Assembly: GCA_001600815.1 (NCBI GenBank)
Contig: BCKZ01000014.1
Location: forward strand, 186,001 to 250,000
Length of the DNA: 64,000 bases
Direction of reading: 5' to 3'
Origin: Alloascoidea hylecoeti
Lineage: Eukaryota
How positions within the stretch are numbered: the first letter of the stretch is position 1; the number at the start of each line of letters is the position of its first letter. Shown here one piece after another: positions 12,018 to 24,548 of this stretch. The translations under genes were made by a program, and so were the position numbers. A model generated the notes under the pieces. That model did not search any database, had not been told where the DNA came from, and saw only the letters and a list, made by a program, of their open reading frames with translations.

Positions 12018-12375
12018 TTTGTGATTGAAAAATAAACTATGGGGAATATGAACTTTTATAGAACATACTTAGTCATCTTTACTAATGTAATCAGGTTTCT
12101 TATTAATCACTGTATCATTCGAAAAATAGCACTAGTTAGTCCCGACTTTCTTCCCATTGAGTTTCCCGGGCCCGCTAATTTTTACGAGCGTCCGAATTTG
12201 AGCCTAAGTCTATGAAAATGTGCATACAAAAGGTTGAAATGCAAATTCTATGTAAGCATTGCTAAGCAACCAACACACCTAAAAACCACCTGATTAGAAA
12301 GCCATATGGGCGTAATAAAACATCAATTTTTAATATATTTTGATTATATATTCTTAGTCATCTTAACATTACTAA

Positions 12376-12876
12376 TCACTGTTTATTATTAATCACCCTA
12401 TCATAATCCTCCTGGGTAGGTCTTTTTTGATTTGGATCACTACCTCCAGGTAATAACAATTCTAAAGATAAAGGAACCGGTTGTCCTAACCATAATGCAT
12501 GATTCGTATGATCTTTATAATCTTGTCCTTCTCCAGTATGAGGGTGGATTAAAACAGATAAATTTCCATGGTTTAATGTAATCCATGGAACTAATTTTGC
12601 AAACAATTCCGTACTACCAAAATCAAATTCCCAAAATTCAGTAAAATGAGGTCCAAGTTTTTTATCCCAAGCTTTAACTAAAATCCTACCATCTTCAATT
12701 TCTTCTGGGAAATCTTCATATAATTTTTCTCTTAATTTTCTTGATTCATTACGAGATGGTGTATAATTGTCATTGAAATATACATGAATATCATAAAATT
12801 GAATAGGATCTTGGAAATTAAATTTATCACTCTTTACTGGCCATGTTGGTTCCCGTGGTCGATTTGTTGCAGCCAT
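12376..12876 (-). CDS. DOPA 4,5-dioxygenase-family protein, copy 2 (intronless)
   Basis: FYDIHVYF, LGPH, WEFDF, VPWITLNHGNLSVLIHPHTG, DHTNHALWLG. Confidence 0.88.
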   Translation of the reverse strand: MAATNRPREPTWPVKSDKFNFQDPIQFYDIHVYFNDNYTPSRNESRKLREKLYEDFPEEIEDGRILVKAWDKKLGPHFTEFWEFDFGSTELFAKLVPWITLNHGNLSVLIHPHTGEGQDYKDHTNHALWLGQPVPLSLELLLPGGSDPNQKRPTQEDYDRVINNKQ

Positions 12877-13368
12877 AATTAATGTATATACGTAAATATC
12901 AATGGTAACTATTGATGATGATTTCAGAAAAATTGGATATTGGTGGATTTTGCAAAGAGTAAGAAAGATTTTTTAGTCTTTATAAGCTTGTTTATGTCAA
13001 AACCTTAATTAATTGCGCCATCGCATGGATACTGTAATCATCACAAATTCACAACTATGGGTAAATGTATCAGCTAAAAAATTTAAGAAGATTCCTTTAT
13101 TTTTAAAGCTGAAGATCCCAATTCAAGAACATTGGAATTTAACCACTAGCTAGAGATGGCAGGCCGCCATTGTTTTCAACTTCTCACCACCCCCTAGACC
13201 TTGAATACTCGAGCTCTAACTTGAGAGAGGGCAAGGATATTTCATATTTTATACATATGCATCAAGTGCCCTCCGTTCATAGACGAGGATCCTGCGTTGT
13301 TCAACGTTCAACGGTGGGGCTCGGGAAATGCAATGAATGTTTTTTTGAAGTCGTTAAAAAAATAAAGA

Positions 13369-13464
13369 CGTCACGGACAAGATTCGAACTTGCGCAGGCA
13401 TAGCCCAATGCCTCAACTACTAGATAATAGCAGGGCATCGCCTTAACCACTCGGCCACCGGGAC
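13369..13464 (-). tRNA. tRNA-Ser(GCT) with 14-nt intron
   Basis: GTCCCGGTGGCCGAGTGGTTAAGGCGATGCCCT-GCT-A[ttatctagtagttg]AGGCATTGGGCTATGCCTGCGCAAGTTCGAATCTTGTCCGTGACG; long variable arm; downstream T-run. Confidence 0.95.
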
Positions 13465-14488
13465 CAATTACAAATCTGTAGCAAAACATTATCCTCTTGT
13501 TTTTTTGTTATATTATTATGATCTGCCACTATGCCTTTATGTCTTGTTGTTATATTATGCCACAGCATTAGGTGTTCTTCATGATCATTCGTTATTCAGT
13601 ACAAATATAATCTTATGCTTATATAACCCGGATTTCTCTTAGAATTATATAAACTTCAATCTTAGTCTTAGTTTTCTAATAGAGATTAACTTAAATTCCT
13701 CTGGAGAAAGCTTCCACCTTGTATTCCTACAAAATTTGTGGCAATAATATTCTATTGTTATGGCTATTTCATTATACCTAAGCCTATAAGGAGGTGGTCT
13801 AGGTTCATAAGAGAAGAAAGAAGAGTGGCAAGAATACACAAAAATAAGAAGAATAGAAAAAGAGGTTTTTATTTCACTATTTATAGTAGAGATTTCCTCA
13901 GAATTTACATAGCTATATAATTTAATTGGGAAATATATGAAAAGTTAAGAAAAAAGAGAACATTTAAAAACAGCGGGTGGATTCGGATTATGTGATTTAC
14001 CAAAGCGGTCAACGTTACTAGGAATACAATACCGTTATTTATAAATTATGGCATGTTCCCAAGCTCCAAATCGATATATCAAATATCTAAATAGTTCTAA
14101 AAATAACTATCACAATTGTCTAATCATGAGTTCCAGACTAAAATATAATTAATTGGTGTGATTTTCTCCATCTAAGAGTTTTATTTCAGGAAAATTTAAA
14201 GATTGGATTAGATTTACACTTGTCTAGATTGTATTTCAGACTATTAATAGACACTCATAGATTCTTTTGGTCTAAAGATAGATTGGAGTGATCTCGGGAT
14301 CGCGGGTCTTTGGGATGGTGTCGTAATCAGAGATCAAGACTAAGGTATGGAAACTACGGGATTCAGATCCTCGATAGCAGTCAGGCCAGGCATTTGAACT
14401 TCAAAATATTTACTGGAAGTTTGTGATTGTAAATCTTATGATACGGGCTAGAATTTTGAAAGTTGGTCGTACTTCACGGTATATAAAG

Positions 14489-14489
<1 letters not shown>

Positions 14490-14518
<29 letters not shown>
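14490..14518. repeat. (TA)n microsatellite
   Basis: Direct reading. Confidence 0.95.
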
Positions 14519-14521
<3 letters not shown>

Positions 14522-15126
14522 TTGGGGATCCTAAACCCTATGACCATGCCTCGTAGAGCAGTAGTTGTTTATGACGTTAAGGGCGCTAACAATAAATACT
14601 AAATTTGAAATGTCTTTATATAGACTAATAGAGTCTCTAGAATTTCCTAAACATTATATACTATTTTAAGAAAAGTATAAGGCTCTATAGAAGACTCAAT
14701 AACTGGTTACAATATTGCAATTTTTATTTGAAGTGGTGACGTGAAACAAACGCACAACTACCACTTTCATGATCATTATGATTATAGCTATTGGTTTTAT
14801 GCCGTTATTCATAACAGAAAAAGTTAAATAATAATCGATTTTTTATATAATAACTTCTAATTTATCTTAATTGATCATTGAAACGTTAATACTTTTGAAA
14901 ATAGGACGTCTCAAGTGTACAATGGCGAAGCAAGGTTACATTCAACAAACTTTTGATGAAAATGTATATGATAGGAATTATAAGATAAACATTATTACAC
15001 ATGATTATATATTCAGATGTATATAATTGTGAATAAAGCTTTCAACCTATGTATAGGTCTACCAAATACAAATATATAAACTTGTCGATATGCATTTCAA
15101 TCACTTAAGCTTTTAAACTTACAAAT

Positions 15127-15971
15127 ATGACTATAACAGATTCGAAAGAGAATTCAAAAGAGTTCACATTTAGAGGCAGCACTGACTCAGATATAGTTAC
15201 AGATTACTATAATATTCCTACATTATTATTCACTTCATCAAATTTTAACAAAGAAATTGAAATACAGGCAGCTGAAGTTTTCACTAAAGCATTTTTAAAA
15301 GATAAACTTCAGGAATTTTGTTTAAAATCAGAAAGAAACATACCATTTGATGAAAAGATTGATAAATATGATAATGAATTAAAAAAATCGTTCCAGATTG
15401 AACTTAAAAATATGATAAAACATGGCTATATAATTGAGATTGCTTTAAATTTGAATTACAATTGCAAAGAGAAAATATCCGCTATTGCTGCTTGGGGTCC
15501 ACCTGGTACCAATAAGAAAGAATTTGACACTGAATATGGTAAACTATCAAGGGAATTGAAAGATAAATATTTGCCAAATGCAGATTATTGGCATCTTAAG
15601 TTCCTGGCTAGAAATCCAGATGATAACACAAAAGGTAAGTAACAGCTAACATATTTATTAGAAAATAATAATTATATATTTATGACAACTGTAAATACTC
15701 TAACTAACATTTGGAAATTTATTATTATATATTAGGTGCTGTATCTCGAGTTGTCAAACCATACTTAAAGCTAGCCAAACAAAATAGACTCCCCGTTGTG
15801 CTAGAAGCTGTCAATATTCATTCAAAGTCTGTTTATGAATATTTTGGTTTTAAATGCTATGGTGAGTTTCTATTAGGTGAAAGTCAAATCTCAAAAAATG
15901 ATAATGGAGAAATTGTCGAAGATAGAAATGGTTCTGGTGTAGCCCAATTCTTCATGGTTTATAATTTATAA
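15127..15971 (+). CDS. GNAT-family N-acetyltransferase, copy 1 (247 aa; intron 15635-15735)
   Basis: IAAWGPPG, YWHLKFLARNP, TK-G|GTAAGT...ACTAAC...TAG|AVSRVVKPYL, PVVLEA, SKSVYEYFGF. Confidence 0.8.
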
Positions 15972-16330
15972 TTATAATATTAGTGAGGCTTACAATCTAA
16001 AATAAAATTGTCAAAACGTTATAGCGTAGGATCCCACTTGCTATAGCTCATCTAGTTAACGTTGATACCACATGCACTGGTTATAACATAAATTACTGGA
16101 AATATTGTAGGGTTTAAAAAATAAAGAGTTATGATTATAACAGATACTAAATATGAGTGTGTATCACTGTGTAAGCTTAGGGCTATAACTATGGGTCTAT
16201 GCATATATATGATTTAACAACAAACGAATTAAAAGTCATTTTGTAAAAGCATAGAAATGTTTTTAGTTACTCAATGATTTAATCTTGTATATTTTTAAAC
16301 TATAAAATATTCTTCAGTCAACTTTGTAGA

Positions 16331-17055
16331 TTAATTATTATAGATCATAAAATATTGAGGTATTCCGGATCCATTTTCATCTTCAACTAGTGTACCATCA
16401 TCATCAACCCGTACTTTTCCTTTTCCAAGTCGAAATTCTTCGTAAAACTTAAATCCGTAATGCTCATAGATAGCTTTAGAATGAAGACTACTTGCTTCAA
16501 GCATAACTGGTACTCCTTCTTTCTTTGCCCTCATCAAATATGGTTTAACTAATTGTGAAATAGCACCTATAGTACAGATAGCCATTAGTTCTAGGTTTAG
16601 AATGCTAATATTAATATTTATCATATTATTTGATACTAACCTTTCGTTTCATCACCAGGCATTCGGACTAGTATGTTTAATAACCAATAATTGCGGTCTG
16701 CTAAATACTTACTTTTCAATGGTCCGCTCAGTTGTTCGAACTCACTATCAAATTTCTCGGTGTCTTTCCCAGGTGGAGCCCATGCAGCAGCAGTTACTAT
16801 TTTTCCACTTCCATCATCACTTAAAACAGCCTCAACGACATAACCATGCTCTATCATACCTTTCAATTTATAAATGAAATATACATATAACTTATTCTTA
16901 TCAATTGGTTCCGAGAATGGTAGTTTTGTATAAACTCTAACAAAATATTCAAAAACAGGTAAAGTTCCAAAAGAAACGCTGATAACTTTTGCAACTTCTG
17001 ATATCATTTCATCTGATGAATTTTCAGTTATGGAAATTGTTGTACTATTCGACAT
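16331..17055 (-). CDS. GNAT-family N-acetyltransferase, copy 2 (216 aa; intron 16567-16640)
   Basis: Same motifs and same phase-1 intron position (GTTAGT donor) as the other copies. Confidence 0.8.
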
Positions 17056-17437
17056 TTTTAAGCTCCTTTTGTAATTTATTAAGGCCCCTAGCTAAAATTT
17101 AAAGTTGTAACCAAAAAGAACCGGTTTCATGAATTGGCAAATTGTTCATATTTATACTAAATAACAGCTCAAAGAATTTTGTATAACAGATAACCGATTC
17201 AACGGGGCTTTGCATTGTTTGCAATAAGTCGATCATGGATTTTGCCACATTAAAAAGTGTTGATTTAGAGTACAATCAAGATCAACTTAACAGATCTAGA
17301 CAAAACTAATGGTGTTTTTACTTAATTCCGGGCACTTGGTAGAGTAAATCTTCGGTCATATAATACAATAAATAGTAATAGCCAACTATGGTGAATAATT
17401 ATCGTCCATGTATAGTATTGTATATCAATGTTTAGAC

Positions 17438-17626
17438 CACTTAAAGCTATCGCTCTACCGTATTTTTTTCCAATATTGGACGGCACAGTGAACAACTTAC
17501 ACGTCATATTCCGTACCGGCACTACCGGTAGAAGTTCAAGGCTGAATTGATCACTGTGCCGTCCATTTTCCTGGCCGTCTAAGATTGGAAAAAAATACGG
17601 TAGAGCTCGAGCGATAACTTTAAGTG
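17438..17626. mobile_element. Fold-back/MITE-like element with long imperfect terminal inverted repeats
   Basis: cacttaaagctatcgctcTAccgtatttttttccaat...ggacggcacagtga pairs with tcactgtgccgtcc...attggaaaaaaatacggTAgag...gagcgataactttaagtg. Confidence 0.6.
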
Positions 17627-17879
17627 AATTTTCTTGAATACAAAGTCTTCTACTGTTAAAATGGTTCTTGCTTATCCTACAAGTATATTGGCTCGAAAAC
17701 TGAAATCTCCTACTGAATCAAATGTTAGAGTAGATATATATATAGTTTAGATTAGTGTCGATAGTCTCTTCTCTCTACTCCTCTCGTGTGCTCCTAGTCT
17801 AACCACCTTTGATGATAGGTAAGTAACCACTCAATATACTGATTCCTTCTGTGTGATCATTGTCTGACGTCACCTGTTG

Positions 17880-18300
17880 ATAGATTATCCGGTATCACTT
17901 CCCTAGATGATAATTTTACTTAATACACCTCTGGGTGTTTACATATCTTTATCTTTTTTCATTTAACTCAAGATCCTCCTGAAAAATTATAAACATTTTA
18001 CATAAATAACTTATATTATAACTCTCGTATAATTCTTTTAACTCAATTTACTACGTCCAATTTTATAAACATTGATAGAAGGACTTTCAGGAAATTAGCC
18101 TTTTAACATAATATTTTTTAAGGCTGTATAGGAGACTCGATTTCCTGTCAGACTGTGCTTCACATGTATTGACCCCATAAATTATGACCAGTTATTACAC
18201 AATGCATCACGACAATTCCAAGTTGTTACCTCAAGAGGAGTAACAGTATTCCTTCACCACCAGTTGAAACAGTTACACTATTAATATTTGTGGATACGTA
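17880..18300 (-). mobile_element. Decayed non-LTR (L1-like) retrotransposon endonuclease remnant
   Basis: Minus-strand PLEVTTWNCRD (~18206-18238), V*QE (~18141) and KIII*GSD (~17895) follow AP-endonuclease motif order; DNA similarity to 55995-56045. Confidence 0.45.
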
Positions 18301-18683
18301 GTGATATTATTTAAGAATATAAGGAGATTCTTACGATATAATAATTCCAAAAACGAAATGTTTTGCGAACATTTTCCAGATTTTGGTGAAAATTGGATTT
18401 TTTGATTTACTCTGAGTCCTTATATTAATGGATATAAGTTAAAGATCCTTAGAAAGAAACCTAATTTTGGAAATTCTTGAATTTTGATTTTGGATAAGGA
18501 CTCATTTGCTTACTGTAACGAATGTTAATATTTTTAGTTTGAGACTGGCAACATTGGTATAGAATCTAAATCGATCCCTAATTACGGTTTGTGAGATGTA
18601 ATATGAATAGTTCTTAGACACATGACGATTTTATCTTGAACAGTGAAAGTAGACAAATAATATTCTTCAACTAATTTTTTAGA

Positions 18684-19401
18684 TCAATAATTATAAATCA
18701 TAAAATATTGAGGTATTCCAGATCCATTTGCATCTTCGACCAGCTTACTATCATCATCAACTCGTACCTTTCCTTTTCCAATATAAAATTCTTCGTAGAA
18801 CTTGAAGCCGTAATGCTCATAAACAGATTTAGAATAAGGACTACTTGCTTCAAGTACAACTGGTAATCCTTCTTTCTTCGCTCTTATCAAATATGGCTTA
18901 ATGAGTTGTGAAATAGCACCTATAATATGGAACATAAACGTTAGTTTGAATTCACATTAACATTAATAATCATAAATGATACTAACCTTTTGTTTCATCA
19001 CCGGGATTTCGGCCTAATAGATTCAATACCCAAAAATCACGCCCTGCTAAATATTTATTTTTCAATGGTCTGCTCAACTTCCCATATTCACTATCAAATT
19101 TTTCATTATCTTTCCCAGGTGGAGCCCAAGAAGCAGCCGTTGCTATATTTCCACTTCCATCATCACTTAAAATAGCTTCAAAAACATGACCACGTTCCAT
19201 TGTACTTTTTAATTTATTAATAAAACTTTGATTTAATTTATTGTTATCAATTGGTACTGAGAACGGTATTTTTCCGTGTGATCTAGTGAAAAAATCCACG
19301 ACGAGCAAAGATGCGAAAGCATTGCTGATAACTTTTTCTACTTCTGATATTAATTCATTTGATGAATCTTTAGTTATTGAAATTGTTTTAAGATCCGGCA
19401 T
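18684..19401 (-). CDS. GNAT-family N-acetyltransferase, copy 3 (216 aa; intron 18920-18986)
   Basis: ATG at 19401 (MPDLKTISITKDSS) aligns with paralog starts; conserved intron. Confidence 0.8.
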
Positions 19402-20426
19402 TCTTAAGATTCTTTTGAAAAAATGACTCTTACTATCGAAATATAATATAGAATTTAAAGTTGCTACCAAAAAATTAAACTGATTATTTATATTTATTTT
19501 AATGAAACCTGCATATGCCTAGTTATCAGATAAAAGTGATTTTGTAATATTAAAGAATAACCCCGAAATTAAATTACCAATAGAGTTGAGGAAATAGAAT
19601 AATTCGTGATACATAAATGATGTAAGTTATACCCTTTATCATAGTATTCATCATATGACGTTGACTATTGCCATCAACCATATGCACAGACATAAATATA
19701 GTTGTTAGTTCTCCACTTTTCTACATGGTTAGAATTGGTTACATAATACAGTTACATAATACAGTTTTTCTACTTAGAATTATCCATATTAAAGGGCAGT
19801 GTTATATTCACCCACGTTTAAGAAACCCGTTTTTAATTAATAAAGGTCTTATGATGTAACAATGTTCGTGAATTCTAATTAAAATTCAATCTGTTAATTC
19901 ACTTAATTTCGGCCACCTTGCTTCAAATATTTGGGCACCTTTGTTTCCAACCAATCAACACCGGTCTTTCAAAAACTTGAAAGGTGTTAAAAGAAATCTA
20001 TATCTCCAATTCATTCATATAAACATTCCCAATATATAACTAGAAAACTTATCTGTGTGGGAAAGGAAAAATAAAAATATATGTTTTGTGTGTGTGTGTT
20101 GGCGAATCGTTTTGAGATTTCAACGGTAAATTAAATATTTTGATCTTTAGGTAGAATCTTAGAAAATAACTTAATATTGGGAATTATCTATTTTTAATCC
20201 TGAAAAAGGGCTCATGAACTTACTGTAACGAATACTCAACTTATCTTTTTAGGATTTATGCTGTGGCATTAGTATAACTTATGTTCCTTACGGTATTCAT
20301 AAGATGTAGAAAAAATAGAGATGTTAGATGAATTGTTCTTCGGCACACATGATGATTTTACCTTGCAAATGTATTTTTTTGAACAGTATAAGTAAATAAA
20401 CAATATTCTTCAACTAATTTTTCAGA

Positions 20427-21153
20427 TCAATAATTATAAATCATAAAATATTGAGGTATTCCAGATCCATTTGCATCTTCGACCAGCTTACTATCATCAT
20501 CAACTCGTACCTTTCCTTTTCCAATATAAAATTCTTCGTAGAACTTGAAGCCGTAATGCTCATAAACAGATTTAGAATAAGGACTACTTGCTTCAAGTAC
20601 AACTGGCAATCCTTCTTTCTTCGCTCTTATCAAATATGGCTCAATGAGTTGTGAAATAGCACCTATAATATGGAACATAAACATTAGTTTAACTTCAAAA
20701 CCGTAATAATAATACTCTTAATCATCATGAATACTAACCTTTTGTTTCATCACTGGGATTTCGGCCAAGTAGACTCAAGTACCAATAATCACGGCCAGCT
20801 AAATATTTATTTTTCAATGGTCTGCTCAGCCGCCCGTGTTCAGTATCAAAAATATTGTTATCTATCCCAGGTGGAGCCCATGAAGCAACAGCTGCTATAT
20901 TTCCACTTCCATCATTACTGAAAATAGCATCAATAACATGACCACGTTCCATAGTTTTTTTTAACTTATTAGTGAAACCCTGACTTAATTTGTTGTGATC
21001 AATTGGCTCCGTGAATGGTGTTTTTGCCTCCATTCTAACAAAATATTCCATTCCAATCAAACTTGCAAAAGCAGCGCTTAAAACACTCTCTACCCTTGAT
21101 ATCAATTCATCTGATGAATCTTTAGTTACTGAAATTGTTGTAAGATTCGACAT
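20427..21153 (-). CDS. GNAT-family N-acetyltransferase, copy 4 (216 aa; intron 20663-20738)
   Basis: Paralog of copies 2-3; conserved intron; exon 2 almost identical to copy 3. Confidence 0.8.
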
Positions 21154-22406
21154 TCTTAAGCTTCTTTTGTAATTTATTAAGGCTCTTTTTCTTGAAGTAT
21201 AAAAGTTGCCACCAAGAAATCAAACTGATTTTCATGAATTGGCAAGTTTATTTATATTTATTTCAGTGACATGCAGCTGTAATTATGAGTAATATTGTAT
21301 GCACAAATTTAAAGTATTCAACCACACTTTGTAGTCCTTAATCCTGATCATTGACCATGGTGTGCCACTTATATTCAAAAAGTGGATTTTGTGTAGTATT
21401 GTTGGATATCCACTCTTGGTCAATTGACAAGGACGATTCATACGACTTTTTGGAGTAGCTGGTTCAACATGGTCTTTAAATTTAATAAGTATTAAGTATT
21501 AGAGAATAAACCTGAAATCTTAATAGAGCCGAAGGAATTGAAAAAGAATAATTCATGATTATAACTTATATTGATAATTTTTGATACCGTAGTATCCATC
21601 ATATGATGTCGACTATTGTCATGAACCATACACATAAATAAGTTGCGTGTTGTTATTGTACTTCTAGATCTCCTCTTTTCTACATGGTTACATGTTACAT
21701 AATACAGTTATCCCATATCTATAGCTTATCATTATGGATAGAAACGAAGTGAAATTTAAAGTAGACTTAAATATATCCTTCAACATTCAATTTATCACAA
21801 CCATAGACTCCCATATTCAGAGAATAAATGATTTATTTACAGCTTGCAAAAATGGTGTCAATTCCACATGTTTTTGTTTTTGATGATGAGATATAGTGAA
21901 AGGTTTGATGTTTCACTAATTATAAGCATGCGCAGTTTAGGTGGTAATTGTTTACCCCATCCTTCGGCAATTAATTCAGAAAATTACCTAAATCTAGTAA
22001 ATAGTTTCAGTCAAGGCATTAATTATGTAGCGCTATGAACAGAAAAACAAACAGACCGCTATAGCTATGACCGCAAAACAAACGATCGGATTTGAGGAGA
22101 AAACAATTACAATTGTTTTAGTGCTCACACCAAAATAAATTTCACTGATATAAACAATATAGATGAATAGCTCCTAAATAATTACATGATTACCGCCCAA
22201 TTATTAAACCTTCCGTAGATAATATGAATAGGTTGAAAAACTATATATATATTTGGCAATGAGATTATCTAAACTAAATGACTTAATACTTGTTGATTAA
22301 AAATGTGACAGGTACAAATTCCGAATTTTCTATAAGGACCTTACAGCTAGATATAGGTGACATAATATGTAGAATTTGAAGATGTGTACACCATAAATGC
22401 ATCGGT

Positions 22407-23861
22407 TCAAAGAGCATCCACAATAAAATTATCATGAAGAGAAGAATAGGATTCAAAAAACGATTGAAATAATTTTATAGATAATTCAATATCATGACTA
22501 CCACATGTTTCTCTAATTGAATGCATACTAAGTTGTGGAGCGCCAATATCAATTGTTCTTAATCCAAGTTTACTTGCTATAATTGGGCCAATTGTTGACC
22601 CACATGGACTATCATTTTTAACAACAAATAATTGTAAAGGAACTTTAACTTTTTCAGCAACTTCTTTCAATAATATAATACCTGGTGAATTAGTTGCATA
22701 TCTTTGATTGGCATTAATTTTAATAACTGGTCCTTTGTTTAGTTGAGGTTGATGGTTACTTTCATAGTTTGATACATAATTTGGATGAACTCCATGAGCC
22801 ATATCAGAAGAAACTAATAAACTTTTCTGAATAGTTTGTTTAACAAATGATTCAGGAACTGGATGATATGGGTCATCATTATATTCACCTTTTAAAGTTA
22901 CAATTCTTTCAAGAATATCAGGTAGAAAACTTGAATCAGCACCTTGAGCACTTGCAGAACCAATTTCTTCATGATCAAACAGACAAACTAATTGAATACC
23001 ATTGTCTTTATCTAAGTTGCTTGTACTTTGAACAAGACCTGTAATTGCAGTATAACATGATGTTAAGTTGTCTAATCTTGGTGAAAAAATAAACTCTTGA
23101 CTTAATCCACCCAATTGACTTGGTTGAGTATCATATAGAACAAGCTCGAAATCTTCAATCTCTGGCACGGAAACTCCAATATCATCAGCAATAACATCTA
23201 AAAGATGTGGATTGTGACGGTCGGTTATTTTTGCCAACGCATGAAATTCATCTTCATTTTCTGGTTCTTCTTTGCCTTTATTATTATTCAATATCGATTC
23301 AGCTAACCCCGCAATAGGATATAATTGCGATTCTTTATTGAAAACAAATTTAGTATTAACTTCACGATCTAAATGAATGGCTAAAGTTGGTATACGTAAA
23401 ATTGGTCGTTCGATTTTACATAACTTTGGTGAAATTTTACCAGATTCCTTATCTTTTACTAAAACTCTCCCGGCAACACTTAAATCTCTATCAAACCAAG
23501 AATGCCAAATTCCACCACCATAAACTTCAACACCTACTTGAAGATACCCTGCAGCGGTCTTTTTGGAATTTGGTTTTATTCTTAAAGTTGGGGAATCAGT
23601 GTGAGCACCAACGATAGAAACTCCATTACCTGGCTCCCATTTACCACCAACGGTGAATGAAATAATACTTGAACCATTTCTTGTCACAAAATATTTATTA
23701 CCTTTTATAATTTTACCTGCCCATTGTTCGTGTTCACTTAATTCAGTAAAGCCTTTTGTTTTAAGAAGTTGTTTTACATTTTGAACGGCATGATAAGGGG
23801 TAGGAGAAGCATTGATAAAAGAGAGGAAATCGTTGGCGTATGACAAGGCAGAAGTAGACAT
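22407..23861 (-). CDS. APE4: Aspartyl aminopeptidase (peptidase M18)
   Basis: SPTPYHAV, GAHTDSP, WFDRDL, RLDNL, FDHEEIGS, SDMAH, CGSTIGP, LSMHSIRE; likely ATG 23861 (alternative 23891). Confidence 0.92.
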   Translation of the reverse strand: MSTSALSYANDFLSFINASPTPYHAVQNVKQLLKTKGFTELSEHEQWAGKIIKGNKYFVTRNGSSIISFTVGGKWEPGNGVSIVGAHTDSPTLRIKPNSKKTAAGYLQVGVEVYGGGIWHSWFDRDLSVAGRVLVKDKESGKISPKLCKIERPILRIPTLAIHLDREVNTKFVFNKESQLYPIAGLAESILNNNKGKEEPENEDEFHALAKITDRHNPHLLDVIADDIGVSVPEIEDFELVLYDTQPSQLGGLSQEFIFSPRLDNLTSCYTAITGLVQSTSNLDKDNGIQLVCLFDHEEIGSASAQGADSSFLPDILERIVTLKGEYNDDPYHPVPESFVKQTIQKSLLVSSDMAHGVHPNYVSNYESNHQPQLNKGPVIKINANQRYATNSPGIILLKEVAEKVKVPLQLFVVKNDSPCGSTIGPIIASKLGLRTIDIGAPQLSMHSIRETCGSHDIELSIKLFQSFFESYSSLHDNFIVDAL

Positions 23862-24548
23862 TTTAAGTAACTTATAATTGAGCTTGTTCATGGAAAAGAA
23901 GAAGAAAAGTGTGTTTTTAAAGAATCGGTTTAAAATATTTAAGTTTGATGCTGAGTCATCCAAATCTCATATGATAACAATTAAAGCCTTATGGATGTTT
24001 GGTAAAGTCTTTCGTGTTGCTAGTATTTTGCATACGTAGTTAATTATGGTGGATATCTGAGAATAAAATTCTTTCATATTTAATCATCATCTAATAGCTA
24101 GAGATTGAGTTAAAAATGAATAATCTGTCTTAGCTTCAAAAAAACCTTCCATGATCACAAATCCAGTTAATAATTCTGAAGTAATGTTATACCGGTAATT
24201 AATGAAAACCATACACAAACACAATATGAAAAAGACTCTTCTTTTTTCTTAACACCAAATTTATTCTTATTATAGTATAGGGGATAAATATGTTATCATT
24301 CAAGGTATTTTCATATAGTGTTTTCCAGTCAATTCCGGAGCACGGTGAGTCTCCATATCTTATATTATTTTCAATATAAATAGGCCTTTCTTTCTCTTCA
24401 ACCTTTTTATATAATTTCCGATTAAAACTTCCAACCAAAAACTATTAATTGGGGAAATCCCAGTCTTACTAAGCGTGAGTGTGGAGAAATTATAAAATAT
24501 CACTTTTTGTCTTAGGATGAAGTTATGCTCTCGAAATTCCACCTAACT

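Noticed and set aside
13640..14600. Possible solo LTR or TE fragments near tRNA-Ser
   Set aside because: TATA plus pyrimidine tract is suggestive, but I found no matching TG...CA ends with TSD, no PBS and no second copy.
17654..18108. TGTTAAAA...TTTTAACA as solo-LTR ends
   Set aside because: No target-site duplication, and the interval overlaps the better-supported LINE remnant.
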